The translations under genes were made by a program, and so were the position numbers. The notes under the pieces are model-generated. The model made no database searches and had not been told where the DNA came from. It worked only from the letters and a program-made list of their open reading frames with translations. This document shows, piece after piece, positions 61,439-64,000 of a stretch of DNA of 64,000 bases (positions are counted from its first letter, which is position 1; each line of letters begins with the position of its first letter). This DNA is from Gammaproteobacteria bacterium. Lineage in GTDB: Bacteria > Pseudomonadota > Gammaproteobacteria > Arenicellales > Poriferihabitantaceae. The DNA lies in contig JAPOSW010000080.1 in assembly GCA_026709505.1 (NCBI GenBank), forward strand, positions 4,811 to 68,810. The letters are read 5' to 3'.

Positions 61439-64000
61439 GCATGATGCGCGATTGAATCGCAGAAAGTCGATCCGCTTCTGGTTCGACAACCGGGCCTATG
61501 AGGGCTATGAAGGCGATACTCTGGCATCAGCGTTACTGGCCAACGGGGTTCATCTAGTCGGGCGGAGTTTCAAATATCATCGACCTCGCGGAATTTACAC
61601 CGCAGGGTCCGAAGAACCGAACGCGCTGGTGCAGCTCGAGGAAAAAGCCTATACCGAACCCAATCGCAGAGCCACTGAAATCGAAATCTATGAGGGGTTG
61701 ATTGCCCATTCCCAGAATTGCTGGCCATCATGCAAGCTTGACATCGGCATCGTGAATTCGTGGTTCTCGCGCATCCTGCCAGCCGGCTTCTACTACAAGA
61801 CCTTTATGTGGCCGGCTTCATTCTGGATGATCTATGAGAAATACATCCGGAAAGCTGCCGGACTTGGCCGCTCGCCAGCCGAACCCGACCCGCATTTTTA
61901 CGACAAGACCTATGCCCATTGCGATGTTCTGGTGATCGGCGGGGGTCCAGCAGGAATCCAGGCGGCGATTGCCGCCGGCCAAACCGGCTGTCGGGTGATC
62001 CTGGCTGATGAGAAATCCGAATTCGGCGGCATGCTGCTGAGCGAAAACATGCTGATCAACGGCATGCCGTGCCACGAATGGATCGAGTCCAAGACTGCCG
62101 AACTTAAAACCATGTCGAATATAGTATTGCTCAACCGCACCACTGTAACCGGCTACTATGACTATAATTTTCTGGTGGCCAACCAGCGCGTGAGCGAACA
62201 CCTTGGCCCCCGGGTTTCGGTCAATTCACCCAAGGAACGCTTGTGGAAGATTCGCGCCAGACAGGTGGTTATGGCAACCGGGGCCATCGAACGACCGCTG
62301 GTTTTTGGGGATAATGATCGCCCGGGCATCATGCTGGCTAGTGCGATACGAACCTATATCAACCGCTATTCCACGCTTCCGGGCAAAAACTGCGTTATCC
62401 TGACCAACAACGATTCAGCCTACCATGCCGCGCTCGATATTGCGGATGAAGGCGGTCAGGTCAGTATCATTGATGTTCGAACCAATCCCGCTGGCGCCAT
62501 GGCCGACTCGGCAGCCAGTCGTGGAATTCGAATCCTCGCAAACAGCACAGTTGCCGGCGTGGGGTACTCAAGAGGCCGACTTCGCTACCTCGAAGCAATG
62601 GAGCTGTCCGACGATGGACTGGAAGCCGTTGGGAAAAAGCAGAAACTGCCCTGCGACCTGGTTGGCATATCCGGCGGCTGGAATCCAACCATTCACCTAT
62701 TCAGCCAATCCAGGGGAAAGCTCAAGTTCAATGAGAACCATCACTGCTTTTTGGCTGGCCGGCCATCACAAGATAATCCGGTAATTCTCGCTGGATCCTG
62801 CCAGGCAACCTGGTTCTCCAGAGAATGCATGGAAGAAGGTCATGCAGCCGGTTGTGAAGCTGCAAAGCGTGCTGGCTTCAGTGCTGATCAGCAATTCGAT
62901 GGAGTTAAAACCGGTCAACTGGAGTATTCGCCTCAGAGGCCGCTCTGGATCCTGCCGGGCGGCCACCCGATCGGTCAGGGCAAGACAAAGCATTTTCATG
63001 AACTGCATAACGATGCGACCATTGGAGATATTCATCTTGCAGTGAGAGAGGGCTATGAATCGGTCGAGCATCTCAAGCGATATACCACAACCGGCATGGG
63101 CACTGATCAGGGCAAGACCTCGAATCTCAATGCTCTGGCCGCCCTGTCCGAAACAAGGAACCTCCCTATACCCGAGCTTGGCGTTACGACATTCAGACCT
63201 CCCTACACCCCGCTGACAATGGGGTCAATTGTTGGACATGACTGTGGCGATCTCTTTCATCAAAAGCGCAAAACTCCCATGCATCCCTGGCATGATCAGG
63301 CCCATGCCGTTTATGAGGACGTTGGCGACTGGAAGCGGCCGCGATACTTTTCGCTGGGGAATGAGGCCATGCATGCTGCGGTGCAGCGCGAATGCCGCCA
63401 GGTTCGTCAGACCGGCGGGCTACTGGATGCCTCGACCCTCGGCAAGATCGACTTGCAAGGCAAGGACACGAGATGGCTCCTCAACATGCTGTATACCAAT
63501 GCGTGGGACAAGCTTGAAATTGGCCGATGTCGATATGGCCTGATGCTGAATGAACATGGAATGATTTTTGATGATGGAGTTACAACCCGGATTGGCGAAA
63601 ATCACTATCACATGACTACTACCACAGGCGGTGCTGTCCGCGTCATGAGCTGGATTGAGGAGTGGCTGCAGACCGAATGGCCGAATCTGGAAGTCTATGC
63701 GACGAGTGTTACCGAGCAATGGGCGGTGGCTTCATTGAGCGGGCCGAATGCGGCGGAAGTATTGCAGGAGTTGACCGATATCCCGCTTGATGAGGAGTCG
63801 TTTCCATTCATGTCCATGCGTGAAGGCCGGGTCGCGGATATTCCTGCACGAGTGTTTCGGATCAGCTTTACCGGTGAATTGTCATATGAGATCAATGTTC
63901 CGGCACGACACGGTCTTGTGCTATGGGAACAGTTGATGGAAAGCGGCCGCAAATTTGATATTTGCCCGTATGGAACAGAATCGATGCATGTACTGCGTGC
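61413..64000 (+). CDS. soxA: sarcosine oxidase subunit alpha, C-terminal end cut by window edge
   Basis: Missing from the track because there is no stop in the window. ATG 61413 gives MKKQINRLEHDARLNRRKSIRFWFDNRAYEGYEGDTLASALLANGVHLVGRSFKYHRPRGIYTAGSEEPNALV..., a typical SoxA N-terminus. The frame stays open to 64000. Confidence 0.85.
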   Translation, partial: MKKQINRLEHDARLNRRKSIRFWFDNRAYEGYEGDTLASALLANGVHLVGRSFKYHRPRGIYTAGSEEPNALVQLEEKAYTEPNRRATEIEIYEGLIAHSQNCWPSCKLDIGIVNSWFSRILPAGFYYKTFMWPASFWMIYEKYIRKAAGLGRSPAEPDPHFYDKTYAHCDVLVIGGGPAGIQAAIAAGQTGCRVILADEKSEFGGMLLSENMLINGMPCHEWIESKTAELKTMSNIVLLNRTTVTGYYDYNFLVANQRVSEHLGPRVSVNSPKERLWKIRARQVVMATGAIERPLVFGDNDRPGIMLASAIRTYINRYSTLPGKNCVILTNNDSAYHAALDIADEGGQVSIIDVRTNPAGAMADSAASRGIRILANSTVAGVGYSRGRLRYLEAMELSDDGLEAVGKKQKLPCDLVGISGGWNPTIHLFSQSRGKLKFNENHHCFLAGRPSQDNPVILAGSCQATWFSRECMEEGHAAGCEAAKRAGFSADQQFDGVKTGQLEYSPQRPLWILPGGHPIGQGKTKHFHELHNDATIGDIHLAVREGYESVEHLKRYTTTGMGTDQGKTSNLNALAALSETRNLPIPELGVTTFRPPYTPLTMGSIVGHDCGDLFHQKRKTPMHPWHDQAHAVYEDVGDWKRPRYFSLGNEAMHAAVQRECRQVRQTGGLLDASTLGKIDLQGKDTRWLLNMLYTNAWDKLEIGRCRYGLMLNEHGMIFDDGVTTRIGENHYHMTTTTGGAVRVMSWIEEWLQTEWPNLEVYATSVTEQWAVASLSGPNAAEVLQELTDIPLDEESFPFMSMREGRVADIPARVFRISFTGELSYEINVPARHGLVLWEQLMESGRKFDICPYGTESMHVLR

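Overview
By eye the window is about 47-50% GC and looks like a chromosomal segment of a marine-type gammaproteobacterium; the taxon is inferred from gene content only. The housekeeping backbone is intact: guaB-guaA, purL, dapA, dut-coaBC, metK-ahcY, argB, argD-like, fpr, tadA and gloB. Interleaved with it are osmolyte and methylamine catabolism genes: a non-Pyl MttB-family methyltransferase, a cupin, a DMGDH-like dehydrogenase, soxB-soxD-soxA, ETF-QO, cobO, an agmatinase-family enzyme and an amidase. There are three TRAP transporters; the first is represented only by its edge-truncated SBP at 1-877. One of them (19576-24542) is clearly non-canonical. Its SBP looks lipoprotein-tethered with a heptad linker, its DctQ is double length, and its DctM is 889 aa with about 335 aa of helical C-terminal extension. 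I rate this as the most interesting candidate for an undescribed variant. A canonical TRAP paralog at 30893-34099 serves as an internal control. Small accessory islets sit between the core genes and hold six or seven type II toxin-antitoxin loci. Two are intact: RelE/ParD-like and RES/Xre. The others are a VapC disrupted by a perfect 11-bp tandem duplication, a RES toxin with two compensating indels, a TumE-like toxin frameshifted in a homopolymer, and a HigBA-like relic. The accessory regions also contain a multiply broken AAA-ATPase gene with an intact small partner, an IS110-like transposase remnant, a folE pseudogene and a GC-rich non-coding relic. Finally there is an imelysin / di-heme DUF1111 / DUF1513 cluster whose fourth member is inverted and visibly GC-richer, with a Fur-box-like palindrome over its promoter. 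I recognised no rRNA, tRNA or CRISPR array. All family assignments come from reading motifs in the translations. No database search was run.
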